DNA from: Patescibacteria group bacterium
GTDB taxonomy: Bacteria > Patescibacteriota > Minisyncoccia > Phycocordibacterales > SBAW01
Direction: 5' to 3'
Assembly (NCBI GenBank): GCA_016176685.1
Contig: JACOWS010000003.1
Coordinates: forward strand, 10,871-74,870
Length of the DNA: 64,000 nucleotides
The notes beneath the pieces are model-generated. The model ran no database searches. It was not told where the DNA came from and saw only the letters and a list, made by a program, of their open reading frames with translations. Below are positions 35,673 to 44,924 of the stretch, piece after piece (position 1 is the first letter of the stretch; every line of letters begins with the position of its first letter). The position numbers and the translations under genes are program-made.

Positions 35673-37817
35673 TTATAATTGTTTACGTTTAAGCATAACT
35701 GCGTTAATGGCCACCACGACAGTACTGGTCGACATGAGCACCGCCGCAATCGCAGGATCAAGAATAATACCTTTAAAAGCCAGTGCTCCGGCCGCCAAAG
35801 GCAATGCGATTATGTTGTAGCCGGCTGCCCACCAAAGGTTTTGAATCATCTTTGTGTAGGTCATCTTGGAAAGATTGATGATTTTTACAATGTCCCGTGG
35901 GTCATTGCGAACAAGAATAATCCCGGCTGACTCAATAGCAACATTTGTCCCAGCACCAATCGCTATACCTAGATTGGCCTGGGTGAGCGCTGGAGCATCG
36001 TTGATGCCATCCCCAACCATAGCGACTTTCATGCTGCGCTTTTGAAGTTCTTTTACTTTTTCTGATTTCTGATGCGGTAATACGCGAGCAAAATATTCGT
36101 CGATCCCGAGCTCCTGGCTTACCCACGCCGCCACATCTTCGGAATCGCCGGTTATCATAGCGGTCCGCACCCCCATTTCTTTAAGCGACTTGATTGCCTC
36201 GCGGGATTCCTCGCGGATGATGTCAGCAAGAGCCATGGCTCCCAAGAGCTTGCGATCTTTGAGAGTGAAGATGATAGTCTGCCCTTTCTTTCCGGCATCC
36301 TCCACTTGCCTCGAGATTTCATTTGGGATTTTTATCTCCATACTTTCGAGAAGTGCCGGTCCACCCACCATGACTTCCGTTTCGAGAATTATCGCTTTCA
36401 CCCCTCTACCTTTTAAAGCCTCAAACTTCTTAGGATCACTCAGGGTAAGGCCACGCTCTTTCGCCTTGTGTACTACAGCTTTCGCAATAGGATGTTCAGA
36501 TAAAGTATCAAGAGAAGCTGCGAGTCCTAGAACCTCATCTTTGGTTTGACCGGAGAGACTCCATATTTCCACCACTCCGAACTCACCGCGGGTTAAGGTT
36601 CCCGTCTTATCGAAGAGTACCGTATCAATCGTCCGAGCCGCTTCAAGAGCAATCCTCTGTTTGACGAGAAAGCCATTGTGCGCCGCTTTTGTAGTAGATA
36701 TTGATGCGACCAATGGAACCGCAAGCCCCAATGCGTGTGGACAGGCAATGACCAGAACGGCCACAAGACGTGCCACTGCAAATGCAACATCCGAACCAGC
36801 CAGAAGCCAGGCGGTTAGCGTAATACCGCCTCCCGCAACCGCAACAACCGTTAAGTAGAAAGCCGCTCGATCTGAAAGCATCTGCAGTCTGGACTTGGAA
36901 GCCTGTGCTTCGGCAACTAAGCGCATCACGCCGGCAAGGAAAGTTTTTTCCCCGATGTTAGAGACGTTGATTTTAAGAGCGCCATCGCCATTTATGGTAC
37001 CGGCAATAACAGCATCATTCTCCTTTTTAGATACCGGCTTTGATTCCCCGGTTACCATAGACTCATTCACGTCGGACTCACCATCCATGATTTTCCCGTC
37101 AGCAGGAATTTTAGCTCCCGGCCTCACCAGCACGAGATCATTTTCTCGAAGTTCAGAAAGTACAATCGTTTCTGTTTTTCCATTCCGAATCACTTCGGCA
37201 GTATCTGGAAGGAGTTTGCTTAGTTCTTTAAGCGCACCCTGCGCTCCACTCACGGCCCGCATTTCAAGCCAATGACCAAGAAGCATGATGGTAATCAGCG
37301 TAGTCAGCTCCCAGAACAAAGTTTCTGCGTCGGCAAACACCGCATACACGCTCCAAATATAAGCAGCCGAAATAGCGATACCAATGAGCGTCATCATCCC
37401 GGGTAAACGTCCCTGAATTTCTCTCCATGCTCCTGTAAGAAATACCAAGCCGCCATAGAAAAATACAATGGAGCCAAGTACCAAAGGCATATATTCCAGC
37501 CCTGGGAACGCAGGCAAAGACCATTTGAAAATTGTCTTCAAAACATCGGCGTAAAGAACTACCGGGATTGTGAGAATCAAGCTCACCCAGAATTTTCTAA
37601 GAAACATCGCCGTACTATGACCGGCATGCTTATCATGCGTACCATTATCCATGTCTGCCTTCTTCTTTTTTGCCGGCACAAGTTGCATACCACACTCCGG
37701 ACACATCCCGGGCTTATCCTGTCTTATCTCCGGATGCATGGGGCACGTATAGATCATGCCTGATTCTCTTTCTTGCATTGTATTGTGATTCATATATTTA
37801 TAAAAATTGTTACTCAA
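35673..37817 (-). CDS. heavy-metal (copper) P1B-type ATPase with CPH motif and N-terminal CxxH...CxxC metal-binding domain
   Basis: TCPMHPE...CPECGM N-terminal domain. TGES, CPH (VIACPHALGL) in TM6, DKTGTLT phosphorylation site, GDGINDAP hinge. CPH is typical of CopB-like P1B-3 pumps. Confidence 0.8.
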   Translation of the reverse strand: MSNNFYKYMNHNTMQERESGMIYTCPMHPEIRQDKPGMCPECGMQLVPAKKKKADMDNGTHDKHAGHSTAMFLRKFWVSLILTIPVVLYADVLKTIFKWSLPAFPGLEYMPLVLGSIVFFYGGLVFLTGAWREIQGRLPGMMTLIGIAISAAYIWSVYAVFADAETLFWELTTLITIMLLGHWLEMRAVSGAQGALKELSKLLPDTAEVIRNGKTETIVLSELRENDLVLVRPGAKIPADGKIMDGESDVNESMVTGESKPVSKKENDAVIAGTINGDGALKINVSNIGEKTFLAGVMRLVAEAQASKSRLQMLSDRAAFYLTVVAVAGGGITLTAWLLAGSDVAFAVARLVAVLVIACPHALGLAVPLVASISTTKAAHNGFLVKQRIALEAARTIDTVLFDKTGTLTRGEFGVVEIWSLSGQTKDEVLGLAASLDTLSEHPIAKAVVHKAKERGLTLSDPKKFEALKGRGVKAIILETEVMVGGPALLESMEIKIPNEISRQVEDAGKKGQTIIFTLKDRKLLGAMALADIIREESREAIKSLKEMGVRTAMITGDSEDVAAWVSQELGIDEYFARVLPHQKSEKVKELQKRSMKVAMVGDGINDAPALTQANLGIAIGAGTNVAIESAGIILVRNDPRDIVKIINLSKMTYTKMIQNLWWAAGYNIIALPLAAGALAFKGIILDPAIAAVLMSTSTVVVAINAVMLKRKQL

Positions 37818-38268
37818 CTAAAGTCCATGAAAATAATCTTTGTATACCACCAACTTCCTTTATATTTAATTTCAGATGTTGAGGATAAGGTGTAATCGGA
37901 GCAAAGAAAAGGACACCTTCTCTGTGATGGCCTCCTGCCGGCGCACCTTCCCATCTCGCCGGGCTGTATTCTTTGCCAGAATCATCAGTAAGTATAGCAA
38001 CTTTGGTCATGTCTTGAGCCAATTCAACAGAATGAGTATCCATGACTACATCAAACTTCCATTCTCTCGAGTCCGCTGAAAGAATAATCGGGGTGACGGT
38101 CACGGTAACACTCGCTTGGTCGTCAATTTTAGATTCCCATTTTTGTTCTGTGCTTATAACCTTTGAATTGTCATTGGTCGGGCTGGAAGCTGGTTTTGGA
38201 TTATAGAAAATAAGAAAACCTCCTATAAACGCAAGCGCTAATACAAATATTGTTATTGCTTTACTCAT
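37810..38268 (-). CDS. hypothetical membrane-anchored (periplasmic-domain) protein
   Basis: N-terminal TM followed by a soluble domain. Overlaps the ATPase start by 8 nt. Confidence 0.4.
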   Translation of the reverse strand: MSKAITIFVLALAFIGGFLIFYNPKPASSPTNDNSKVISTEQKWESKIDDQASVTVTVTPIILSADSREWKFDVVMDTHSVELAQDMTKVAILTDDSGKEYSPARWEGAPAGGHHREGVLFFAPITPYPQHLKLNIKEVGGIQRLFSWTLVE

Positions 38269-38704
38269 GACTTTTTTTGAATTTAATAATTCTGGTTATC
38301 ATATATCCGATGCCAAATATATTAGAAGCGAGACCAACCCAGAAAAGCTCGACCTGATACTGCGCTACAAACGTGACGAACCCCGTCACTCCGAGAATAG
38401 GCACCAGATTCACTAGATAGTGAGCGCAACAGGAGATCATGGCCGCTGTGGAGGTGGTCCCAGATACACCAACTATCTTACCCATACCTTTTCCGCTATG
38501 CACCAAGCTTTTGATGTACTGATACAATGCGATCTGAATTCCGAAGCCTACTACCAAGCTGATAATAAAATACCAAAAATCAGCGAACTGGCTTTGAGCA
38601 AAACTCCAACCGGAGACCAATGTTAACACCGCAAAATAAACTCCAAGCAGGATTGTGCTTGCAATGATTCCGTACAGAGCCGGTTTTGTGATGTTGTTAG
38701 TCAT
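38261..38704 (-). CDS. hypothetical polytopic membrane protein
   Basis: 147 aa, four predicted helices. Contains a CCAHY motif. Confidence 0.4.
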   Translation of the reverse strand: MTNNITKPALYGIIASTILLGVYFAVLTLVSGWSFAQSQFADFWYFIISLVVGFGIQIALYQYIKSLVHSGKGMGKIVGVSGTTSTAAMISCCAHYLVNLVPILGVTGFVTFVAQYQVELFWVGLASNIFGIGYMITRIIKFKKSHE

Positions 38705-38910
38705 GGTTATTTTGTGATAAAAACTTTGGGGTCTTTCTCAAATTACTGTTTACAATGGTCGGAACAAAACGAATATTTAATTCCTTCATGAATAAAATCG
38801 ATGCCTTCCGTAGGAGTTTTCCATGACAATTTATTAGTGGCAACAGCCGCCATGCTTATGTTCATCCTTTGCACCAGATTATTTTGTCGAAGCATCGTCT
38901 ATTTCAATAA

Positions 38911-39174
38911 TTATTTATTGGTAAGACTTGAATTGTGCATCCATACGAAATAGGAAGCGAAAATCCAAGCAAAGACGAACATATAGATTGCACCAAGGAT
39001 GAAGCTACCGAAACTAATCCATGTAAAGCCGGGCAGAGTTTCAAAAATGGTGTGATGGATCTGTATTCCGGCCGCTGACCGCAACGGAAGAAATCCGCCC
39101 AGCACACAAAGAACGTATGCCACCTCGGCCCCAAGAACACATTTCCAGCCGTATTTTTTAAGTGATAGTTGCAT
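38911..39174 (-). CDS. hypothetical small membrane protein
   Basis: 87 aa, hydrophobic. Confidence 0.3.
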   Translation of the reverse strand: MQLSLKKYGWKCVLGAEVAYVLCVLGGFLPLRSAAGIQIHHTIFETLPGFTWISFGSFILGAIYMFVFAWIFASYFVWMHNSSLTNK

Positions 39175-39224
39175 ATTTTTGATTATTTGATAATTTCATA
39201 TTTTAATTAAGTTAAGTGGATAAT

Positions 39225-40124
39225 CTATATTCCGCATCCGCCCTGCTGTCGCTCGGGCGTAATCGTCTCTCCGGTGCCTACTCCGCAACCGCTTCCACCC
39301 TTCTGTTGCCCTGACTGGGGAACTTGAGCGGCAATTTTTGCAAAACCTGAACCGCTTGAATATTCCGCACCAAGAAGCATTTGTGGAGTTACAGTCTTTG
39401 AATCAATGCCTTTTATTTTGAGATATTGAGCAATAGTCTCGTATTGATCCGGGAACCAAGTCATGTTGGCTATTATGGCCGCATTCCACATCTCTACCTC
39501 TGTCGCTCCTTGTGATGCCAAGTATTCAAGAAGTCCGAGCATGGCCATGCCATGATTGCAGTCCGGGAAATAGGTTGAGTTGTTGCAACATGGTCTGTAA
39601 GTTCCTTTTGCAATTTTCTCCACAAGCGCCTGCTGACCTGATGTGAGAGTGGCCAAAGTATGTTTGTTGTAGTGATCCATTACTGGTCCAGCTGTCACTG
39701 TCCATCCTCCAACTGATGCCATGTTTGTAGGGCCGCCATACCGAGAGTCCATAATCGGTCCGCTCAGAAGAACCTGATTTTTATTGGCCAAACCATATGC
39801 CCAGAGTAAATTAAGCTCTGTCACTCCAGAAAGCTTGGTGAGATCAATAGTGCCATTAGCGATCAAGATTTCGAGCATTTTCTTTTCTGCTTCAAGAGGC
39901 AGTATATTTCCGCCTTCGGTTAAGGTTTCTTGAACATTTTGTGCGTTAGAATTATTTGCGGTTTGCATTTGCAACGAGCGATTTCCATCGTTATAAACCA
40001 TGGCTCCTGCGACCATGACTCCGGCAACGACGACGGCTATCGGGAGCATATACTTATCGCCAAACTTTTTTAGTTCTTCTTGGACCGGCTCCTCTCGTGT
40101 TTCGTGTTCTGTTTTATTTTCCAT
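39225..40124 (-). CDS. hypothetical membrane-anchored protein with Cys-rich C-terminal region
   Basis: N-terminal TM. RPCCNNSTYFPDCNHG and a C-terminal GGSGCGVG...GGCGI. Confidence 0.4.
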   Translation of the reverse strand: MENKTEHETREEPVQEELKKFGDKYMLPIAVVVAGVMVAGAMVYNDGNRSLQMQTANNSNAQNVQETLTEGGNILPLEAEKKMLEILIANGTIDLTKLSGVTELNLLWAYGLANKNQVLLSGPIMDSRYGGPTNMASVGGWTVTAGPVMDHYNKHTLATLTSGQQALVEKIAKGTYRPCCNNSTYFPDCNHGMAMLGLLEYLASQGATEVEMWNAAIIANMTWFPDQYETIAQYLKIKGIDSKTVTPQMLLGAEYSSGSGFAKIAAQVPQSGQQKGGSGCGVGTGETITPERQQGGCGI

Positions 40125-40139
40125 ATGTTACCTTGTTAT

Positions 40140-40409
40140 TTATTTTTCGTCACAACAGTCTTCCATTTTTTTAACTATTTCTTCGACTGACCATGATTCA
40201 TTGATGTCCTTTGATGTAGAGGGTCCAGCTGCCCGCAGTCTTTTAATTGTTTCTTTTATACCCAAAGTCCTGATCTCATTGAGAATTAGACGCCGCTGTT
40301 CACATTTCTCGCAATGAGGTATGTGGAGAACCTTAGCAATCTTAGCAATAGCATTACCAAGTTTTAATTGTTTATCCTGAGCCGAGTCGAAGGGTTGTTT
40401 GGTACTCAT
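40140..40409 (-). CDS. hypothetical small CxxC protein
   Basis: HCEKCE and DCCDE motifs. 89 aa. Confidence 0.35.
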   Translation of the reverse strand: MSTKQPFDSAQDKQLKLGNAIAKIAKVLHIPHCEKCEQRRLILNEIRTLGIKETIKRLRAAGPSTSKDINESWSVEEIVKKMEDCCDEK

Positions 40410-40421
40410 GTCGGTTATCGG

Positions 40422-41204
40422 TTAGAAGGAAAATATAAGGAGGCCGAGGATGACCATGGCAATGCCGCCCCAGAGCCTCATGTGCTTTGTTTCCGACTTT
40501 TTCCAGCGGTTAACTTTCTCGATTAGCGTGTCATCGCTTGCGATGAGCAGAATGATAACGAGCGGCAAGATGAATATCAGATTGTAGAGCAAAAGATAGC
40601 CCACGCCGGTAAGGTATGTTCCCTGATCATGCAACAGTCCTAGCACCATAAGATACGGGCCGCCGGTGCAGGGAAACTCGCATAAACCCACCAAAGCGCC
40701 CAGCAAGAACACCGCCGGAAGCGAGGCCTTGTTCATGAGTGCGGCAATTTTGTTGTGCGCTACTTGCGGGATGCGTAACTTTATCGGGAATGACGGAAAA
40801 AACTCGTTAATGAGATTAATGCCGCCAAGCACGATCAAAAGTGCCGCCCCGACCTTAGCCATGAAGTGAGGAGTATTGAACAAGTGGAGCGCTTGGAGAA
40901 TTCCCAGGCCTATGAGGAGGTACACCGCGAGAAGTCCGAGGATGTAGACGCCGCCTATTTTTAAGATGCTCGCTCTTGTCTTTTGAAGGGAAAGAAGGAA
41001 TGCAATAGTGAGAAGCAAGATGCCGAACGCGCACGGATTAATGCTGTCGATCAAAGCCGCTATCCCAACCAAAGGAAGGAGCCAGTTGCCTCCATCACTT
41101 AGGCTCCAGAGCGCCGTCGTACCTATGTTTCCTGTTTTAAGTACTAGTACCGACCCAAACAGCAAGACGGCAACGCCAACTAGCACAGCAAGTTTTTTGT
41201 TCAT
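40422..41204 (-). CDS. CcdA/DsbD-family thiol-disulfide transporter (cytochrome c biogenesis protein transmembrane region)
   Basis: Two conserved Cys in DSINPCAFGIL and LCEFPCTGGPYL. Polytopic membrane protein. Confidence 0.7.
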   Translation of the reverse strand: MNKKLAVLVGVAVLLFGSVLVLKTGNIGTTALWSLSDGGNWLLPLVGIAALIDSINPCAFGILLLTIAFLLSLQKTRASILKIGGVYILGLLAVYLLIGLGILQALHLFNTPHFMAKVGAALLIVLGGINLINEFFPSFPIKLRIPQVAHNKIAALMNKASLPAVFLLGALVGLCEFPCTGGPYLMVLGLLHDQGTYLTGVGYLLLYNLIFILPLVIILLIASDDTLIEKVNRWKKSETKHMRLWGGIAMVILGLLIFSF

Positions 41205-41210
41205 AACGCG

Positions 41211-41705
41211 TTATGGCGTGACGGTTGCGGAGAACTGGAGCTCGACTGGCTGTCCAGCGTTATTTTCAAGAGTGGCTACACGCTGAATGCGCCCGACTCC
41301 GGCAGGGCCGTGGGCGGCCGGATCAAACACGACTTCAATAGATGCTTCTTCATTTGGACTTATGGTCTGATTTATTAAGGGAGTCGCCCCGTGCCCGGGC
41401 ATCCCGTAGGGGCCAAATTGCTTGCTTCCTATTGCGAGAATCGCAGTGGTACACATACACGAGGTGTACATCTTGCTTATAACCACCGCCTCCTCACTCG
41501 TGTTTTTAATTTTGAACGTATGTTTTACTTTGCCAGCCGCCATTGAGATGGAGCCGAAGTCATAGTAGCTCTCTCCCTCCACAGTAAGTGTCCCGTTACT
41601 ATTTGATATCGCCGATGACGTGTTTTGCACATCGGGACGCGCGATCCAGACGAGACCCCCAAAGACCAGGATTCCTATTCCGATACCGATAATGGTTTTG
41701 TGCAT
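41211..41705 (-). CDS. DUF1573-like protein (signal-anchored, beta-sandwich with Cys pair)
   Basis: N-terminal TM. DFGSI...VKHTFKIKNTSEEAVVISKMYTSCMCTT resembles the DUF1573 pattern (FxFxNxG..PL.I..v..SCGCT). Confidence 0.45.
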   Translation of the reverse strand: MHKTIIGIGIGILVFGGLVWIARPDVQNTSSAISNSNGTLTVEGESYYDFGSISMAAGKVKHTFKIKNTSEEAVVISKMYTSCMCTTAILAIGSKQFGPYGMPGHGATPLINQTISPNEEASIEVVFDPAAHGPAGVGRIQRVATLENNAGQPVELQFSATVTP

Positions 41706-41833
41706 GTTTTTAGTTAGTTAAAGAATACAAAAATCCCTTGATGAAAGGGATAAGCGGACGCACGATATAAAACCATCTCGACGTGCCCCCCGTAGTTTTA
41801 ATGGAGGAGGGCAAGCGGTTCTACAGCGGCGTC

Positions 41834-42280
41834 CTAAAGAGCAGCCGGACTATTTTCGTGCAAAGCCAGCCAGCGGGTAAGTTGTTGTTTTTGAGGCGGA
41901 GAGAAAGAATCTCTGAACTGGTACCTGTAAAAAGCGAGTTGAGGAGGTTTGAAAAGATGCGGAGAGAAAAAAGCTAGGCCGATAAAAAGCAGGGATGCAG
42001 ATACGAGCAGAAACGCTTTCATAACATTTTCGCCAAAAGTGGCGAGGGATAAACCCTTGTAAGCATCAATGTGGAAAGCCGTAAAATCAACAGCACCCGC
42101 TTCTTTGGGGCAATCCATTCCTTTGGCTGTAGCCGCAATACAGTTATTTTGGTCCATGGCATGAGCTTGTCCGTGATACATGCCAAAAACACCAAATACG
42201 GCGATGCCGATAAAACTGGTGAGTAGGATGGTGGCGGGCAGAAACCTCATAGGTAAACAGCATATACCCGGTGGGGGCAT
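41834..42280 (-). CDS. hypothetical membrane protein
   Basis: ORF with two TM segments. The start is uncertain (alternative Met at MRFLPA). Confidence 0.35.
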   Translation of the reverse strand: MPPPGICCLPMRFLPATILLTSFIGIAVFGVFGMYHGQAHAMDQNNCIAATAKGMDCPKEAGAVDFTAFHIDAYKGLSLATFGENVMKAFLLVSASLLFIGLAFFSPHLFKPPQLAFYRYQFRDSFSPPQKQQLTRWLALHENSPAAL

Positions 42281-42351
42281 TTTGCAAATTCTGTATGCCG
42301 GCCGCTCGGTCTACTTTTGTGCTACCTATTTTTCTCGTATAGAATCCCCAG

Positions 42352-43917
42352 ATGACTCAAGGTGAGGCACTGGCAATACTTAAAACGGGAGCAAACTGCT
42401 TTCTCACCGGCGAGCCGGGGAGCGGCAAGACGCACACGGTCAACCGGTATGTGGCGTGGCTGCGCTCCGTGGGGGTGGAACCCGCCATTACCGCATCAAC
42501 CGGCATTGCCGCCACGCACATCGGCGGGCACACGATACACTCGTGGAGCGGCATAGGCATAAAGCGGGAGTTGAGCGACTACGAGCTCGACCGCATCGCA
42601 CAAACCGAGCGGGTGGTGCGGCGCGTGCGCAACACCTCTATAGTAATTATAGACGAGGTGTCGATGCTATCAGCAGACACGCTAACCATGGTAGAGGCGG
42701 TATGCCGCGAGATACGCGGCACCAACCGGCCTTTCGGCGGGCTCCAGGTGCTCTTGGTGGGCGACTTTTTTCAACTCCCGCCTATTTCGGGGCGAGTGTC
42801 TGAAGAAGGCCAGGACACACTACTAAAAGAGGGCTCAAGGCCGCTCTTTTCCTTCCGCTCTCCAGCGTGGAAGTCTCTGAACCCCATAACCTGCTACCTT
42901 TCCGAGCAACACCGGCAGGAGGACGAAAAGTTTTTGGAAATCCTTTCGGCAATCCGGCGCGGCGAGGTAGCAGACGAGCATCGCGAGCTACTCGAGTCGC
43001 GCCGCAAGGCCGGGAAGGGCACACAAGCCGCACAACTTTTCTCCCACAATGCAGACGTAGACCACCTTAATGACGCCGAGCTTGCCAAGCTCGATCAATC
43101 TGCACGCACCTTTACCATGGTTGGCCGCGGGAGTGAGGGGATGGTTGCGACGCTCAAGCGCGGCTGCCTCTCGCCCGAGACGCTGGTCTTAAAGGTGGGG
43201 GCGCGGGTGATGTTTACTAAAAACGACAGTAGCGGACACTCGTATGTAAACGGCACGCTCGGTGTCGTAACTGGTTTTTCAAGCGGTAACGGCTACCCGA
43301 TAGTAAAAACGCACAGTGGCCGGACTTTGGTGGTGGAGCCCGCGGAGTGGCGCATCGAGGAGCAGGGGCGCACGCTCGCGCGCATCAACCAATTGCCGCT
43401 GCGTCTTGCGTGGGCGATTACCGTGCACAAAAGCCAAGGTATGTCTCTCGACGCCGCGCATATGGACCTCTCGCGCGCGTTTGAGTATGGGCAGGGATAT
43501 GTGGCGCTTTCCCGCGTGCGCACACTGGAAGGGCTTTCTCTGGCGGGCTTAAACGAGCGCGCACTACAAGTACACCCGGACATACAAGAGCAAGACCGCG
43601 TATTCCGCGAGCAGTCGGAAACGGCGCGCAATGCTTTTGTACGGATGCCGCAAGGCGAGCTTTCGCGGTTGCAGGAAAATTTTGTCCGCGCCGCTGGCGG
43701 GAGTGTGGGTGGTGCGCCGGCAAAAAAGTCTCGCCTGGAAACTATCCGCGGCAAACATCCAAACGCCTACCGCCCTTGGAGCAAAGAAGAAGACGAGGAC
43801 CTTAAGGAACGCTTTCTTAGCGGCGAGCCGGCCAAAAGTATTTCTCAAGAGTTTGGGCGCCAGCCGGGCGCTATCCGCTCGCGCCTCGTCAAGATGGGCC
43901 TTATAGAGGAGGAGTAG
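42352..43917 (+). CDS. PIF1/RecD-like (AAA_30) DNA helicase with C-terminal HTH domain
   Basis: Walker A (FLTGEPGSGKTHTV). IIDEVSMLSAD. LLVGDFFQLPPI (Pif1 signature-like). VHKSQGMSLD. C-terminal sigma-70 region-4-like HTH (WSKEEDEDLKERFLSGEPAKSISQEFGRQPGAIRSRLVKMGL). Confidence 0.7.
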   Translation: MTQGEALAILKTGANCFLTGEPGSGKTHTVNRYVAWLRSVGVEPAITASTGIAATHIGGHTIHSWSGIGIKRELSDYELDRIAQTERVVRRVRNTSIVIIDEVSMLSADTLTMVEAVCREIRGTNRPFGGLQVLLVGDFFQLPPISGRVSEEGQDTLLKEGSRPLFSFRSPAWKSLNPITCYLSEQHRQEDEKFLEILSAIRRGEVADEHRELLESRRKAGKGTQAAQLFSHNADVDHLNDAELAKLDQSARTFTMVGRGSEGMVATLKRGCLSPETLVLKVGARVMFTKNDSSGHSYVNGTLGVVTGFSSGNGYPIVKTHSGRTLVVEPAEWRIEEQGRTLARINQLPLRLAWAITVHKSQGMSLDAAHMDLSRAFEYGQGYVALSRVRTLEGLSLAGLNERALQVHPDIQEQDRVFREQSETARNAFVRMPQGELSRLQENFVRAAGGSVGGAPAKKSRLETIRGKHPNAYRPWSKEEDEDLKERFLSGEPAKSISQEFGRQPGAIRSRLVKMGLIEEE

Positions 43918-44103
43918 CCACTGTATGGGAACTATATACATACCCACCCTAGCGTATTGACTAGGTGTTTTCTCAATGGTGTAGCAACTTCCAGAATTAA
44001 AAGCCTAAATCCACAAAATATGCCTTAACCACTTAATTTCTTGTGCCTGTACTTTAGAATCTCTTATGGAGAGTATTATTATCTAGGGACTTTACACTTT
44101 ACA

Positions 44104-44529
44104 ATGGAAACTACATTTGATACACTCGACGATATGAAGGGGCAAAAGCCAAAGATTACCAAAGTCTCCCAAGTCGTAGACCGTATTAACGAACTACGAA
44201 AAATAAGGGACGATGCCGTAAAGGAATTGCGAGAGCTTGAGGAACAACCTATACAGGCGACCTCGCCCATTCCTAGCGATTTTGACTATAAGAGCGCAAT
44301 CATGCGGCTTTTCAAGGAAAGGCCGAGTGTGGCGTTGAATATAGACAATGTCGTGGCGGGTATTAGCGATAGACATGGATTTGTCCCTAATCGTAATACG
44401 ATAGCAATTCGTGTCGGCTACCTTGCAGACAGCGCCAAGCCAAAACAACTTGAACGAGTTAAAGACCGTCGCGGTTTCTACCGCCTACCAACCAAAGACA
44501 CTGGAGCTCGTGAAGAATCCAGTGGCTAG
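44104..44529 (+). CDS. hypothetical protein (AT-rich island)
   Basis: ATG at 44104 (METTFDTLDD...). The table ORF starts at 44041 from an upstream Met. Confidence 0.4.
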   Translation: METTFDTLDDMKGQKPKITKVSQVVDRINELRKIRDDAVKELRELEEQPIQATSPIPSDFDYKSAIMRLFKERPSVALNIDNVVAGISDRHGFVPNRNTIAIRVGYLADSAKPKQLERVKDRRGFYRLPTKDTGAREESSG

Positions 44530-44645
44530 GTCTTTTTGAGTGGGGTATCGAACGGGGGAGCTCAACTTTACGGGCTCTCCTATCAGGCGGCCACGTTTCG
44601 CGTGGGCTCTCCTGCTCGGTCTCTCACTCAAAGAAACTTAGTGTC

Positions 44646-44731
44646 GCGCCGGTGGTGGAAATGGTAGACACAGTAGCCTTGTAAACTACTGACCTGGGAG
44701 GGTCATACGGATTCGATTTCCGTCCGGCGCA
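44646..44731 (+). tRNA. class II tRNA-like gene (Leu/Tyr-type body, long variable arm) with irregular anticodon stem-loop; identity ambiguous
   Basis: GCGCCGG acceptor pairing with CCGGCGC. D-arm GTG-GAAATGGTAGA-CAC, nearly identical to E. coli tRNA-Leu. Variable arm GACC-TGGGAG-GGTC. T-arm ACGGA-TTCGATT-TCCGT. The anticodon region AGTAGCCTTGTAAACTACT folds either as a 7-nt loop CTTGTAA (anticodon UGU, C31-A39 mismatch) or as a 9-nt loop containing GUA. A terminator follows. Confidence 0.5.
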
Positions 44732-44764
44732 CACTCAGCGTAAGCAAATAATCTCTATTTGTCA

Positions 44765-44788
44765 AGCGGCTATCCACGCCGCTTTTTA
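44765..44788 (+). terminator. rho-independent terminator after the tRNA-like gene (AGCGGC-TATCCAC-GCCGCT-TTTTT)
   Basis: Read directly. Confidence 0.55.
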
Positions 44789-44924
44789 CGCTCGCGCCGT
44801 GTTTTTTTCTTTGAGCCACCAATAGCACCAAGCACCTCATCAAAAGACAGGGTAATCGGCTTATGTATCTTGGGCTGTGGAAAACTCGCTGTTCAAATAG
44901 ACTTTTTTTCTCCACACTTAGGAT

